45,097 nucleotides of DNA, from positions 1 to 45,097 of the forward strand of contig JBLHQO010000001.1 in NCBI GenBank assembly GCA_047625285.1, given 5' to 3'. The notes under the pieces were generated by a model that was not told the origin of the DNA, did no database searches, and saw nothing but the letters and a program-made list of their open reading frames with translations. Positions 11,004-21,695 of the stretch are shown here, one piece after another (position 1 is the stretch's first letter; each line of letters starts with the position of its first letter). This stretch comes from Oceanospirillaceae bacterium (lineage in GTDB: Bacteria > Pseudomonadota > Gammaproteobacteria > Pseudomonadales > Balneatricaceae). A program made the position numbers and the translations under genes.

Positions 11004-11082
11004 GCGTTCACATCTAACCAAGAAAGAGGCTATTATCTACGCTCCGCTCCATAAGCGCAAAGTTTAGGATAGTTAATCATTC

Positions 11083-11883
11083 ATGTGCCTCATTGTTTTA
11101 GCCCACCAGCTCAATAACGATTACCCGCTCATTATGGCAGCCAATCGTGATGAATTTCGCCGTCGTCCAACTCAAAATATGTATTGGTGGCCTGATATTG
11201 AAATATTGGCTGGCAGAGATCTTGAAGCTGGTGGTACTTGGCTTGCCCTACATAAGAATGGCCGCTGGGCTGCAGTGACTAACTTTCGCAAGGTCACTAC
11301 CAGTAAAGCGGCCATTAATAATGCGACTATAAATAAAGCGACTAGCGATCAATCAACGGCACTCAGATCAAGAGGTCACTTAGCCCTCAATTTCCTTAGT
11401 CAAACTAAAAGCGCTATCGATTTTGCCAATACGCTTCAAACAGACCTGTTCGCAGGGTTCAATTTATTACTTTGGGATAATCGTGAGCTCGTTTTTTGCG
11501 CCAACGAAGAACAAAACCAACCTCGAATACTAGCTGCCGGATTATACGGCTTAAGTAATGGTCGCCTAGATAGTGATTGGCCGAAGGTTCACCATGTTAA
11601 AACTATTTTGCAGCAGTCTTTACATAAACCCCCACAACACCAACAACTGCAACAGATGATGCAGGATACACAGATAGCTACAGACCAAAACCTACCCAAC
11701 ACAGGTATTGCCATAGCCTGGGAAAGACGGCTATCTGCTTGTTTTATTGATGCGCCTGAATATGCTTATGGCACCCGCACCTGCATTAGTGTGTATCGAG
11801 ACAAGTTTGGCAACATGGATGTCCACGAAACCTGTTTTGATCATTCAACACCGCTACAGCAACACTTTAACTGGGCCCACTAA
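11083..11883 (+). CDS. NRDE / TANGO2 family protein
   Basis: N-terminal MCL, AANRDEF..RPT, AGRDL.AGGTWL, SRG and YGTRT. Confidence 0.92.
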   Translation: MCLIVLAHQLNNDYPLIMAANRDEFRRRPTQNMYWWPDIEILAGRDLEAGGTWLALHKNGRWAAVTNFRKVTTSKAAINNATINKATSDQSTALRSRGHLALNFLSQTKSAIDFANTLQTDLFAGFNLLLWDNRELVFCANEEQNQPRILAAGLYGLSNGRLDSDWPKVHHVKTILQQSLHKPPQHQQLQQMMQDTQIATDQNLPNTGIAIAWERRLSACFIDAPEYAYGTRTCISVYRDKFGNMDVHETCFDHSTPLQQHFNWAH

Positions 11884-11888
11884 TCACC

Positions 11889-12512
11889 ATGTATAGCAGC
11901 CTAATTTTCATTAACGGCCTCGCCTTAAGCATCGGCTTAATCGTCGCTATCGGTGCACAGAATGCCTTCCTATTGAACCGTGCTTTGCGTAACCAGCATC
12001 AATATGCAGTGGCCACTTTTTGCAGCATTACTGATGCCAGCCTTATCTGTTTAGGTATATTTGGTATGGGGTCTTTAGTACAAGCACAGCCTCAATTATT
12101 ATTGTGGATCACCTGGGGCGGGGCGTTATTTTTGTTTATTTATGGGGCCTTAGCTTTTAGAGCCTCAGCTGGCAATAACGCAATGAAAGAAGACTCTAGC
12201 GAAAGTGAATACTCACTTCTTAAAGCACTCACTGTGGCAGCAAGCGTTAGCTTACTCAACCCCCATGCATACTTAGATACCCTAGTACTACTTGGCGGCA
12301 TTAGTAGTGCGTACGTGGGTAGCGAAAAGATATGGTTTGGATTTGGCGCCGTGAGCGCTTCATTTATTTGGTTTTTTGGTTTGGCTTGGGGGGCTCGCTG
12401 GCTTATGCCTGTGTTTAAAAACCCCATGGCTTGGCGGGTACTTGACGGCCTTATCGGCGTTATTATGTGGAGTATTGCGGCTGGGTTAATTGCCCACATA
12501 TCGGCTATGTAA
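11889..12512 (+). CDS. LysE/ArgO family amino-acid exporter
   Basis: LIVAIGAQNAF, LLNPHAYLDT and WRVLDGLIG motifs. Confidence 0.9.
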   Translation: MYSSLIFINGLALSIGLIVAIGAQNAFLLNRALRNQHQYAVATFCSITDASLICLGIFGMGSLVQAQPQLLLWITWGGALFLFIYGALAFRASAGNNAMKEDSSESEYSLLKALTVAASVSLLNPHAYLDTLVLLGGISSAYVGSEKIWFGFGAVSASFIWFFGLAWGARWLMPVFKNPMAWRVLDGLIGVIMWSIAAGLIAHISAM

Positions 12513-14762
12513 GCGTGTGAGGCCTGCGGCCTTAAGGTTATCTCGGATCACTTGCTGCACACCATCACTTCCGGCTTGCTGTAGTGCTTGTTGTAACATC
12601 TGCTGGGCTTGCGTTAGGGTAAAGTTACGGATGACTGACTTTACTTTTGGCAGGCTAGCCGCGTTCATCGACAAACTATCATAACCCATACCCATAAGCA
12701 GAAGTGCTCCAGCAGGGTCGCCAGCCAGTTCACCACATAAACTCACTGGAATATCAGCGGCTTTGGCTGCATCAACTACATGTTGTAGCGCCATCAATAC
12801 CGCTGGGTGCATAGTGTGATATAAATCTGCCACCCGTGGGTTATCTCGGTCTACCGCCAATATATACTGCGTTAAATCATTACTACCCACAGATATAAAG
12901 TCCACTCGCTCAGCAATGTGTTTGGCTTGATATACAGCGGCGGGCACTTCCACCATTACCCCAATGGGAGGGCGCACCAGCTTATAACCTTCTTCACATA
13001 ACTCTGAAAAAGCTTGATCTATCCAACGAATAGACTCATCAACTTCGCTCACATGGGTGATCATAGGCAACATAATACGAAGGTTATCTATGCCTTCACT
13101 GGCCTTGAGCATAGCTCGAATTTGCACCAAAAATATTTCTGGGTGATCTAACGTCACACGAATGCCGCGCCAACCTAAAAATGGATTATCTTCTTTAATG
13201 GCAAAATATGGCAAGTTTTTATCGCCACCTATGTCCAAGGTACGCATGGTCACAGGAAGAGGCGCAAAGCCTTGTAATTGCGTGCGATAACAATCGGTTT
13301 GCTCATCTTCAGACGGAAAGTGTTCCTTAATCATAAAGGGTACTTCGGTACGGTATAGACCTACCCCCTCGGCACCCTGATCCAGCGAACGGCTTACATC
13401 TAGAGGTAAGCTAGTATTCACTAACAAAGGGACTGTATGACCGTCGCGCGTTTGCGCCGGCACATGGCGTAGAATTTCTAGCTCTTTGGTAAACGAGGCT
13501 TCTTCGGCGATTGTTTGTTCGTATTGACGACGCAGGTCCTGACTTGGATTGAGGAAGATACGCCCGATGTAGCCGTCAATAACCACCTCTTGGCCTTCCA
13601 TACGTCGGCATGGGAAGTCTACCGCGCCCATCACCGTAGGAATGCCCATGGAACGAGCCAATATAGCAGCATGGGAGTTATTTGAACCCAAGGTGGAGAT
13701 GATGGCTTTGAGCTTATGGGCAGGCACTTCTGCCAACATAGTCGCCGTCACTTCCTCTGCCACCAATACGGTAGCATCTTCAAATTCACGCACTTGGATA
13801 TTGGTTTGCTGCAACTCTGCCAAAATGCGCCGACCAAGATCTCGAATGTCCGTCGCTCTTTCCCTTAAATAAGGATCGTCCATGGCTTCAAACGCACCAA
13901 TGTGAGTCTGCACGACTTGCCGTAATGCACCTTGGGCCCATTGACCTTGACGTATCTTTTGTACTACCTCGCCAGCCAAGGCGTTGTCATCAAGCATACG
14001 CATATAGACTTCGAACAATTCTTGTTCTTGATTCTTTAGATTGCGAGCTAAGGTGCGGCTGACAATTTTTATTTTTCGGCGCACAGCCTCTAGCGCTGTT
14101 TGAAAAGCCTCAACTTCGTTTTCAGGGTTACGGCAGCGCCGATCTGGCACTTTATCTAGGTCTGCGGGTGGCGCTATTACGGCTACATAGCCAATGGCTA
14201 CACCACCAGAACCACTTACACCTTCATAAGCCAAGTCTAAGCTAGCTTCATCGGCTAAAGCGTCCTGCCTTAAACCACCACCAGTGGCTTCAGCGTGGGC
14301 AATAAAACCAGCCAATTGAGCCGACAAGGTGATCAACATAGCTTCTTCTTCAGCGCTAAACTGACGTTCGCTACGCTGCTGCACAACTAAGATACCCAAC
14401 ACCTTACGGTGGTGAATGATAGGCACACCTAAAAAGGAGCTAAAGCCCTCTTCACCCGTTTCTTGCACATAGTGAAAATTAGGATGCTCTGCCGCACGCG
14501 TTATATTAATGGTCTCGGCTTTAAGCCCCACCAACCCCACCAGACCCTTGCCTGACGGCAGGCAGGCTTTGCCAATAGAAGCTTGATTAAGGCCCTTGGT
14601 AGCCATCAGTACAAAATTGTCTGTTTGCGGAAAATGTAAGTATATAGAGCACACGTCAGTACGCATGGCGCGCCGAACTTGGTGCACTACCAACTTCAAG
14701 GCCGATGGTAAATCTTCCGCGGCGCTCACCGCTTGGATTATTTTACGCAGATTGTGCAGCAT
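12486..14762 (-). CDS. ptsP: PTS nitrogen-regulatory enzyme I (GAF domain plus PEP-protein phosphotransferase)
   Basis: N-terminal GAF domain, phospho-His motif SNNSHAAILARS, GLYRTE, RTLDIGGDK, NPFLGWRGIR and CGELAGDP; downstream of rppH. Confidence 0.96.
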   Translation of the reverse strand: MLHNLRKIIQAVSAAEDLPSALKLVVHQVRRAMRTDVCSIYLHFPQTDNFVLMATKGLNQASIGKACLPSGKGLVGLVGLKAETINITRAAEHPNFHYVQETGEEGFSSFLGVPIIHHRKVLGILVVQQRSERQFSAEEEAMLITLSAQLAGFIAHAEATGGGLRQDALADEASLDLAYEGVSGSGGVAIGYVAVIAPPADLDKVPDRRCRNPENEVEAFQTALEAVRRKIKIVSRTLARNLKNQEQELFEVYMRMLDDNALAGEVVQKIRQGQWAQGALRQVVQTHIGAFEAMDDPYLRERATDIRDLGRRILAELQQTNIQVREFEDATVLVAEEVTATMLAEVPAHKLKAIISTLGSNNSHAAILARSMGIPTVMGAVDFPCRRMEGQEVVIDGYIGRIFLNPSQDLRRQYEQTIAEEASFTKELEILRHVPAQTRDGHTVPLLVNTSLPLDVSRSLDQGAEGVGLYRTEVPFMIKEHFPSEDEQTDCYRTQLQGFAPLPVTMRTLDIGGDKNLPYFAIKEDNPFLGWRGIRVTLDHPEIFLVQIRAMLKASEGIDNLRIMLPMITHVSEVDESIRWIDQAFSELCEEGYKLVRPPIGVMVEVPAAVYQAKHIAERVDFISVGSNDLTQYILAVDRDNPRVADLYHTMHPAVLMALQHVVDAAKAADIPVSLCGELAGDPAGALLLMGMGYDSLSMNAASLPKVKSVIRNFTLTQAQQMLQQALQQAGSDGVQQVIRDNLKAAGLTRLHSRYVGN

Positions 14763-14785
14763 TCCGAGTCGTTCCTAATTATAAA

Positions 14786-15307
14786 TTATTGGCTCAAAGC
14801 ATCGTTTGGAATAATTAAACCATGATGATAAACCAGGCGCGAATGACGTAGACAAAGTTCTTTCATGGCACGACGATAAACCTCTCGTTTAAACGATACC
14901 ACTTGATCTACTGGGTACCAATAACTGACCCACTCCCAGCCATCGAATTCTGGGCTATTTGTAGTGCCCGTGTGAACGGCCGAATCTGGCGCTAACATCC
15001 GTAACAAAAACCACTTCTGTTTTTGACCAATACATAATGGTTGCTGGCCCTGGCGTATCATCCGCTTAGGTAAACGATACCTTAGCCAACCTCGAGTACA
15101 GGCAAGCACCTCCACATGTTCTGGCGACAAGCCAATTTCTTCTTTGAGTTCCCTAAATAAGGCTTCTTCTGGTGTTTCGTGGGCGTCAATACCCCCTTGA
15201 GGGAACTGCCAAGCATCCCAACCTACACGTTTTGCCCATAGCACTTGGCCCTGGGAGTTTGCCAGAATAATACCTACATTGGGGCGAAAACCATCTTTAT
15301 CGATCAC
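14786..15307 (-). CDS. rppH: RNA pyrophosphohydrolase (Nudix)
   Basis: GTG start [15 protein letters not shown], Nudix box [23 protein letters not shown] and [11 protein letters not shown]. Confidence 0.96.
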   Translation of the reverse strand: MIDKDGFRPNVGIILANSQGQVLWAKRVGWDAWQFPQGGIDAHETPEEALFRELKEEIGLSPEHVEVLACTRGWLRYRLPKRMIRQGQQPLCIGQKQKWFLLRMLAPDSAVHTGTTNSPEFDGWEWVSYWYPVDQVVSFKREVYRRAMKELCLRHSRLVYHHGLIIPNDALSQ

Positions 15308-15426
15308 GGCTTTGCACCATACAAAATATATTTGTCCCCATTGTTCCACAAAATGGCAGGCAACAACAACCACTGATTAAAATGAGCTAAAATAATGCTT
15401 TATCACCCATTCATATAGGAATACCC

Positions 15427-16095
15427 ATGCGAGAAAGGCAAGGAAGGCTGGCTTTGTTTGATTTAGACAACACATTATTAGCGGGCGACAGCGACCATGG
15501 ATGGGGCGAGTTCATGGTGGCACAAGGCCTTGTAGATGGGGCCGACTATAGCGCAAAAAATGATGCTTTTTACCAAGACTACCTTGCTGGCAATTTAGAC
15601 ATGATCGCCTATGCCGAGTTTGCGCTTGAGCCTTTAACTCAATACAGCGCCGCTGAACTCAATACCATTCATCAAAAGTTCATGCAAACCACAATTATTC
15701 CAATGATTGCTCCTAAAGCTCAGGCCTTATTGAAAAAACACCGTGATGCAGGAGACGTTTTGGTGATTGTCACAGCCACTAATGATTTTATCACCGCACC
15801 CATAGCCGAATACCTTGCCATACCCCACCTGATCGCCACCCCTACTGAATGTGTAGATGGGCGCTATACTGGGAAATTGAGTGGCTCGCCTTGTTTTAAG
15901 GCGGGTAAAATTGACAAGCTGAATACTTGGATGGCGCTAAACGGTTACCACATTGAAGGCGCCTGTTTCTATAGCGACTCCCACAATGATATCCCATTAT
16001 TAGCCTTAGTGGATGAACCTATCGTGGTAGACCCAGACACAACCCTTAACGCCCATGCACTGGTCAACGGTTGGCCAGTGATCACTCTGCGATAG
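15427..16095 (+). CDS. HAD-IB family phosphatase (possible histidinol-phosphate phosphatase)
   Basis: Motif I FDLDNTLL.GDSD, motif II VTAT and motif IV YSDSHND; divergent from rppH as in Pseudomonas. Confidence 0.85.
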   Translation: MRERQGRLALFDLDNTLLAGDSDHGWGEFMVAQGLVDGADYSAKNDAFYQDYLAGNLDMIAYAEFALEPLTQYSAAELNTIHQKFMQTTIIPMIAPKAQALLKKHRDAGDVLVIVTATNDFITAPIAEYLAIPHLIATPTECVDGRYTGKLSGSPCFKAGKIDKLNTWMALNGYHIEGACFYSDSHNDIPLLALVDEPIVVDPDTTLNAHALVNGWPVITLR

Positions 16096-16099
16096 ACTG

Positions 16100-17290
16100 T
16101 TAGGCTTCGTACCAAGTGCGAAGAATAACGGACTTCAAGTAGTCAGTCTCTGGAATAGCGGGGTGAACTGGGTGATCACCACCTTGGCCACCTTGTTCTA
16201 ACACTTGCCCCATACGACCATTTTTACGACAAGCTTCCTGTAATAACTGAGTAAGGCGGGTGCGCTCTAAATGCATGGAACATGAAGCAGAAACCAATAT
16301 ACCTTCAGATTTTAACAGGCGCATTGCTAGCTGATTAGCGCGTTGATAACCTAGTTCGCCAGCTTTAATGTCTTTACGACGAGCGATAAAGGCCGGTGGA
16401 TCAATGATGACGATGTCAAAACGCTCGCCATCTTCATGCATCTGTTTCATGGCGGCAAAAGCGTCGCCTTTTAAGGTGTGTACTTTATCGCCAACACCAT
16501 TCAACTCGGCCTGTTGATGCACTAGTTCTAATGCTTGAGCAGAGGCGTCTATACAAATCACTTCGCTAGCCCCTGCTGCAGCGGCCTGCACACCCCAACC
16601 ACCAATGTAGCTAAAAATGTCCAAAACCCGCTTGCCGTTAGCTAGCTTTTGTACTCTGCGGCGATTTAAGCGGTGGTCATAAAACCAACCGGTTTTTTGG
16701 CCATCCCATACTGGTGCTAAGAAGCTCACACCATTTTCTTTTAGAGGCACAAGCTTTGGTACGTCACCTTGAGCCACACGCACGTATTCATCCAAGCCTT
16801 CAATAGCGCGCATTTTGCCATCATTTTTAAGCAAAATATTAAGGTTTGGCACCACTTGGTTAATAGCACCAAGCAACTCTTCAAGCAATAATTCAATACC
16901 GGCGTTAGAAATCTGCACCACTATAACCTGGTCAAATCGGTCAATCACTAGCCCAGGTAAACCATCGCTGTCACCATAAACCCAGCGGTAACAATGGTCT
17001 TCAAACAGCTGCTCTCTACTAAACAAAGCCGCTGTCAAACGGCTAACAAACCGTTCAAGATTAAGGGGCTCATCCGCATTACGGCTCACCAAACGGCCAC
17101 AAATCAACTGTTTCGGATTAATAATAGCAGTACCTAAGGCCTTGCCTTTGGCATCCAATACATTCACTTGCTCACCCGAGGGGAAAAGCTGTAGAGGAGA
17201 TTTATTGACATCAACTTCGTTGCTGTAAATCCACAAATGACCCTGTCGTAAACGACGATCAGACTTTGGTTTTAAAATTAGATCAGGCAT
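16100..17290 (-). CDS. rlmI: RlmI-family class I SAM-dependent rRNA methyltransferase
   Basis: N-terminal PUA-like GHLWIYSNE, DGLPGLVIDRF, GQKTG.F.D.R, IDPPAF and ETDYLK. Confidence 0.8.
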   Translation of the reverse strand: MPDLILKPKSDRRLRQGHLWIYSNEVDVNKSPLQLFPSGEQVNVLDAKGKALGTAIINPKQLICGRLVSRNADEPLNLERFVSRLTAALFSREQLFEDHCYRWVYGDSDGLPGLVIDRFDQVIVVQISNAGIELLLEELLGAINQVVPNLNILLKNDGKMRAIEGLDEYVRVAQGDVPKLVPLKENGVSFLAPVWDGQKTGWFYDHRLNRRRVQKLANGKRVLDIFSYIGGWGVQAAAAGASEVICIDASAQALELVHQQAELNGVGDKVHTLKGDAFAAMKQMHEDGERFDIVIIDPPAFIARRKDIKAGELGYQRANQLAMRLLKSEGILVSASCSMHLERTRLTQLLQEACRKNGRMGQVLEQGGQGGDHPVHPAIPETDYLKSVILRTWYEA

Positions 17291-17677
17291 TTATTCTTCA
17301 CACAATTGGCTGTAAGCATCAGCGTCTAACAAATGTTCTAATTCTTCTGGATGGCTTAAGCGTATTTGTAACAACCATGCATCACCGTATGGGTCTGAGT
17401 TAACCAGTTCTGGATCATCGTCCAACTGCTCATTTACAGCAATCACTTCACCAGAAACGGGCGCAAAAAGATCCGACGCCGCCTTAACAGACTCAATGAC
17501 ACCAAACTCATCTTCACTCACAAGCTCCGCGCCAACATCTGGCAGTTCAACAAATACCACATCTCCTAATTGCTCTTGGGCAAAGTCTGTCACTCCAATA
17601 GTGACAGTGCCATCCCCTTCGTTACGGATCCATTCATGGCTTGAGACGTAGCTTAAGCCTTGAGGTAAGTTGCTCAT
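17291..17677 (-). CDS. gcvH: Glycine cleavage system H protein (lipoyl carrier)
   Basis: [23 protein letters not shown], lipoyl-Lys motif ESVKAASD and VNSDPYG. Confidence 0.96.
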   Translation of the reverse strand: MSNLPQGLSYVSSHEWIRNEGDGTVTIGVTDFAQEQLGDVVFVELPDVGAELVSEDEFGVIESVKAASDLFAPVSGEVIAVNEQLDDDPELVNSDPYGDAWLLQIRLSHPEELEHLLDADAYSQLCEE

Positions 17678-17687
17678 AATCGTGTCC

Positions 17688-18980
17688 TTATAAGGTATTT
17701 TTTACGGATTGAGGCGCTTGTGACAGTGGGGGTAAGTGCACACCCACACCCATAGCCTGTTGCGCTAAATGTTGTTTAATAGGGCTTAGTTTTTGCACCC
17801 AATTCATACCGGTATTACGTAGTAAGCTCAACATGGGGTGTTGGTTACCAAACAATCGAGAGAAGCTTTCCATCAAGGACATCATACGTAAATTATCGCC
17901 GCGTCTTTGTGCCTGATAATTTTCTAACACCCTAATACTGGCAATATCATCGCCTTGTTGTGCGGCTTGTTTTAGCGTCTCCACTAACGCAGCCACGTCA
18001 AGAAAACCTAAATTAACCCCTTGGCCTGCTAACGGATGTATGGTGTGTGCGGCATCACCCACCAGCACCAATCCCGCCTGTACATATCGCTTGGCGTGAC
18101 GCTGCCTAAGGGGTATCACATGGCGTTGGTCCGTTGCCATAACAGCACCTAACTTACCTTCAAAGGCTCGGGTTAGAGCAATACAAAACTCACTTTCTGG
18201 TAATTGTTGCATCAACTGAGCTTGCGCTTTTGGGCGTGACCAAACAATAGAACAATAATGACTATCTGGGCCTTCTTCCGTAGCCGTTTGTAAAGGTAAA
18301 AAGGCCAATATGCCGTCTTCCGTAAACCTTTGCCAAGCCGTGTTTTGATGTGGCTTAGTTACTTTCACTCGGGTTACCAAGGCGTGATGGGGGTAATCCC
18401 ACTCGCGGGTAGGCAAACCGGCTAATTGCCTGATCTTGGAATTGGCTCCATCAGCTCCCACCACTAAGGCAGCGCTAATTTGCTCTCCCCCTGCCAAAGT
18501 TAAACGCCGCGGCACTGTGCCTTGTGCAGTCATGTCGACAATCTGGCTTCGTTCGAATAATTGGTATTGTTTGTTCCCTAATGTTTGGTGCAGAGCTGAA
18601 GTAATGGTGCGATTTTCAACAATATGCCCTAAATATGGCAGGTGTTGTTCAGCGGCCGTAAAGTTAAGCTGGCCCGTGCCACAGGCATCCCATACATTCA
18701 TAGCATTGTAGGCTTGCAAGCGTGCCATATTTTCTATGATCGGCCAGACGGCAAGGTTTTTTAATAGGTTTTCTGAGGCTAAACTTAAAGCCGATACCCG
18801 CGCATCCACCTGCCCAGCAGGCCAATTTTGTGACGGGTTGAGTTCGCCCGATTCAATTAATGCCACCTTAAAACCGGCATCGATCAAACCACAAGCAAGG
18901 CTGGCACCTACCATACCGGCGCCGACTATGGCTACATCAAATATATTGGCATCGAATACAGCAGCTTCAACCTGACTCAT
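17688..18980 (-). CDS. ubiI: UbiI/VisC (UbiH/UbiF family) FAD-dependent ubiquinone hydroxylase
   Basis: [39 protein letters not shown]; follows ubiH. Confidence 0.82.
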   Translation of the reverse strand: MSQVEAAVFDANIFDVAIVGAGMVGASLACGLIDAGFKVALIESGELNPSQNWPAGQVDARVSALSLASENLLKNLAVWPIIENMARLQAYNAMNVWDACGTGQLNFTAAEQHLPYLGHIVENRTITSALHQTLGNKQYQLFERSQIVDMTAQGTVPRRLTLAGGEQISAALVVGADGANSKIRQLAGLPTREWDYPHHALVTRVKVTKPHQNTAWQRFTEDGILAFLPLQTATEEGPDSHYCSIVWSRPKAQAQLMQQLPESEFCIALTRAFEGKLGAVMATDQRHVIPLRQRHAKRYVQAGLVLVGDAAHTIHPLAGQGVNLGFLDVAALVETLKQAAQQGDDIASIRVLENYQAQRRGDNLRMMSLMESFSRLFGNQHPMLSLLRNTGMNWVQKLSPIKQHLAQQAMGVGVHLPPLSQAPQSVKNTL

Positions 18981-20332
18981 ACGTCTGTCTCGCTGTCATT
19001 AACTGATTTAGATGTGATGACTGGCGGCATGGCTAACACCTGCGCCAAAGGCACATCTAAACCCATAGCTGCGCGGGTAAATACGGTTTTTACCCATGGC
19101 ACCTGCTGCATGGTTAATAAACCTAATTGCCGAAGAACCGAGTAATGGCGTTTGTTGCTAGAAAAAAGCTTCATTACTTTGTCACTAGCACCAATCACCC
19201 GTTTCTGGTCCCATCGACTGGTTTCAACGAACTCATTTAAATTAGCTAAGTCACCAATAGGTGTGCCTTGCTTACATGCCTTAAGTACCGATTTTGCCAA
19301 TGCAAAGCTGCCCCGCAAGGCTAGGTTAAAGCCTTGGCCGGCAATGGGGTGTAGTGTATGAGCAGCATTGCCTACCACAGCTAAACCTTGCCTTGCCTGT
19401 TCTTGGGCAATACTTAAGGTAAGAGAGTACACCTGGCGGTCACCAATGGCGAGAAACTCGCCCATGGGATAACCCACATGCTGCTGAATTTCTTGTAATA
19501 ATTCGTCATCAGCCATTTGCTGCAACTCACTCTGGCGCTCAATAGGTTGTGTCCATACTAGGGCCGCTCGGTGTTTGCCTTGGAAGCTAGGTAATGGCAA
19601 TAACGCCAAGGGCCCTGATGGGGTAAATCGTTCACAAGCAAGGCCCTGATGGGGCTGGTCTAGTTGCAAATTAGCCACTAGCGCTACTTGGTCATAACTT
19701 TGTATTTGATCAAACATACCTAATTGTTGGCGTAAATCCGATCGTCCACCATCCGCCATCACTACTAGCTGAGCGGTGAGGGTGCCACATTGCCCAAGAC
19801 GCTGATATTCTAATTGACTATTTTGGCGTGCGTTGTCTATAGCAGTGACCTGGGCCTGATCAATGAGGTGCACAAAATCACTACAACGTTGGGATATTTG
19901 TTCTAAGAACACCTGCCCCATAGCTTGGTTCTGCAACACATAACCTAAGGCTTCCTTTTGCATATCGCAGGCCTGCATCTCACTCTTCCAAGGTTGGCCT
20001 TGGTCGCTCACCTGAATAGTACCAATGGCTTGTGCGTGAGGACATAAATGTTGCCATAATTTTATACTTTGTAATAAATTACGACTCCCTAACGCAAGCG
20101 CCGTTGCGCGCCCGTCTAAAGCACCCGCCGCCGTAGGTGTTGTGGCCTCAATGGGCGCAGCATCTAACAACGCAATGGATAACCCGTAGGCCTTTGCCGT
20201 ACCGGCCAGCGCCAAACACAAACTTGCGCCTACTAGGCCGCCGCCCACGATAACAATATCGTAGTTGCTCTTAACCTTACCACCCTTGCCAGCTTGAGCG
20301 TCCATGGGACCTTGATCTAAATTGGCAGCCAT
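18977..20332 (-). CDS. ubiH: 2-octaprenyl-6-methoxyphenol hydroxylase
   Basis: GGGLVG, ERFT..GPLALLP and GNAAHTLHPIAGQGFNL; follows pepP with TAATG overlap; true start could be further downstream. Confidence 0.88.
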   Translation of the reverse strand: MAANLDQGPMDAQAGKGGKVKSNYDIVIVGGGLVGASLCLALAGTAKAYGLSIALLDAAPIEATTPTAAGALDGRATALALGSRNLLQSIKLWQHLCPHAQAIGTIQVSDQGQPWKSEMQACDMQKEALGYVLQNQAMGQVFLEQISQRCSDFVHLIDQAQVTAIDNARQNSQLEYQRLGQCGTLTAQLVVMADGGRSDLRQQLGMFDQIQSYDQVALVANLQLDQPHQGLACERFTPSGPLALLPLPSFQGKHRAALVWTQPIERQSELQQMADDELLQEIQQHVGYPMGEFLAIGDRQVYSLTLSIAQEQARQGLAVVGNAAHTLHPIAGQGFNLALRGSFALAKSVLKACKQGTPIGDLANLNEFVETSRWDQKRVIGASDKVMKLFSSNKRHYSVLRQLGLLTMQQVPWVKTVFTRAAMGLDVPLAQVLAMPPVITSKSVNDSETDV

Positions 20333-21645
20333 TAGCCAGCCATCAAAGTTTCAATATCTGCCACAGTGACCGGCAAATGCGCTGTAAGGTTGCGATAGCC
20401 ACTTTCTGTCACCAAAATATCATCTTCAATACGTACCCCAATACCACGCCATTGCGCAGCAATATCAGCATCGTCTGGATCAATATAAATACCCGGTTCT
20501 ACCGTGGTCACCATACCTGGTATGAGGGGCCTAGACTCGCCGTCGAGCTTATAGATACCAACATCGTGTACATCCATGCCGAGCCAATGGCCAATATTAT
20601 GCATGTAGAATTTACGATACGTTTGGTCCTTAATGTTTTGATCCAGCTCACCCGTTAACAAACCAATATCAATTAAACCCTGGGTGATGACCTTAACTGC
20701 AGCCTCTTGCATGTCGGTAACTACAGCACCCGGTTTAATGCATGCTAAGGCAGCCTGATGGGCCGCTAAGACAATTTCATAAATAGTTTTTTGTGACTCA
20801 CTAAAACGACCATTAACAGGGAATGTACGGGTAATGTCTGCTGCATAGTGCTCTAACTCGCAGCCTGCATCAATCAATACTAAATCACCATCTTGCAACA
20901 CTTGGTCATTATTGGTGTAATGCAAAATACAGGCATTTTCGCCACCGGCCACTATAGAACCATAAGCCACACGCTGACTGCCTTGGATGGAAAACTGATG
21001 ATGTACTTCGGCAGCTAATTGATACTCAGACATGCCTGCTTTACACACTTTCATGGCTCGTTTATGAGCAGCAACACTAATATCGCCAGCCAGTGCCATT
21101 TGGTCTACTTCGGCAGCAGATTTGAGTAGGCGCATGGCATCTACCATAGGGTCGAGGTCTACAAGCTGGATTGGGCATTTTTTCCCCTGGCGCGTTAAGC
21201 CCCGTAGCGTAGATAGGCTGCTCTGTATCAGAGCACTAGTATCTCCACGGCTAAAACCATAAACCACTTGGCTTGCACCATCTAACAACTCAATTAGCTT
21301 TTCCGCTAGGCTTTCACTGGTATAGGCCTGATCCATCATTAAAGCGTCTGGTGCGGCGTCCACACCTAAACGGCGACCGTGCCAAATTTCTTGTAACTTG
21401 TCTTTAGTGCGACAAAAAATGCTGCTACACGGGCCATCTATACCATTGCTAAGCACCAGCGTGGTTTGCGGCTCTGCCATGCCAGACAAATAATAAAAAC
21501 TACTGTCCTGCCGGTAATCCTGTTCAACATCACCGTTACGAATATGCACCGGTGCGCACTGAATAACGACCACAGCTCCTTGCGGTAGTTGCTGCAATAA
21601 GGCTTGGCGTCGGTTTTTATATTCTATAGTGGCTAGTTTAGTCAT
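20332..21645 (-). CDS. pepP: Xaa-Pro aminopeptidase P
   Basis: RQDS.F.YL.G..EP, LIDAG...YAADITRTFP, GHWLGMDVHD, TVEPGIY and RIEDD. Confidence 0.96.
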   Translation of the reverse strand: MTKLATIEYKNRRQALLQQLPQGAVVVIQCAPVHIRNGDVEQDYRQDSSFYYLSGMAEPQTTLVLSNGIDGPCSSIFCRTKDKLQEIWHGRRLGVDAAPDALMMDQAYTSESLAEKLIELLDGASQVVYGFSRGDTSALIQSSLSTLRGLTRQGKKCPIQLVDLDPMVDAMRLLKSAAEVDQMALAGDISVAAHKRAMKVCKAGMSEYQLAAEVHHQFSIQGSQRVAYGSIVAGGENACILHYTNNDQVLQDGDLVLIDAGCELEHYAADITRTFPVNGRFSESQKTIYEIVLAAHQAALACIKPGAVVTDMQEAAVKVITQGLIDIGLLTGELDQNIKDQTYRKFYMHNIGHWLGMDVHDVGIYKLDGESRPLIPGMVTTVEPGIYIDPDDADIAAQWRGIGVRIEDDILVTESGYRNLTAHLPVTVADIETLMAG

Positions 21646-21695
21646 GGTACCTGCCCTTACTGTAATTTCTGTGGCTCTTTATGTCGCTGTAGCAC

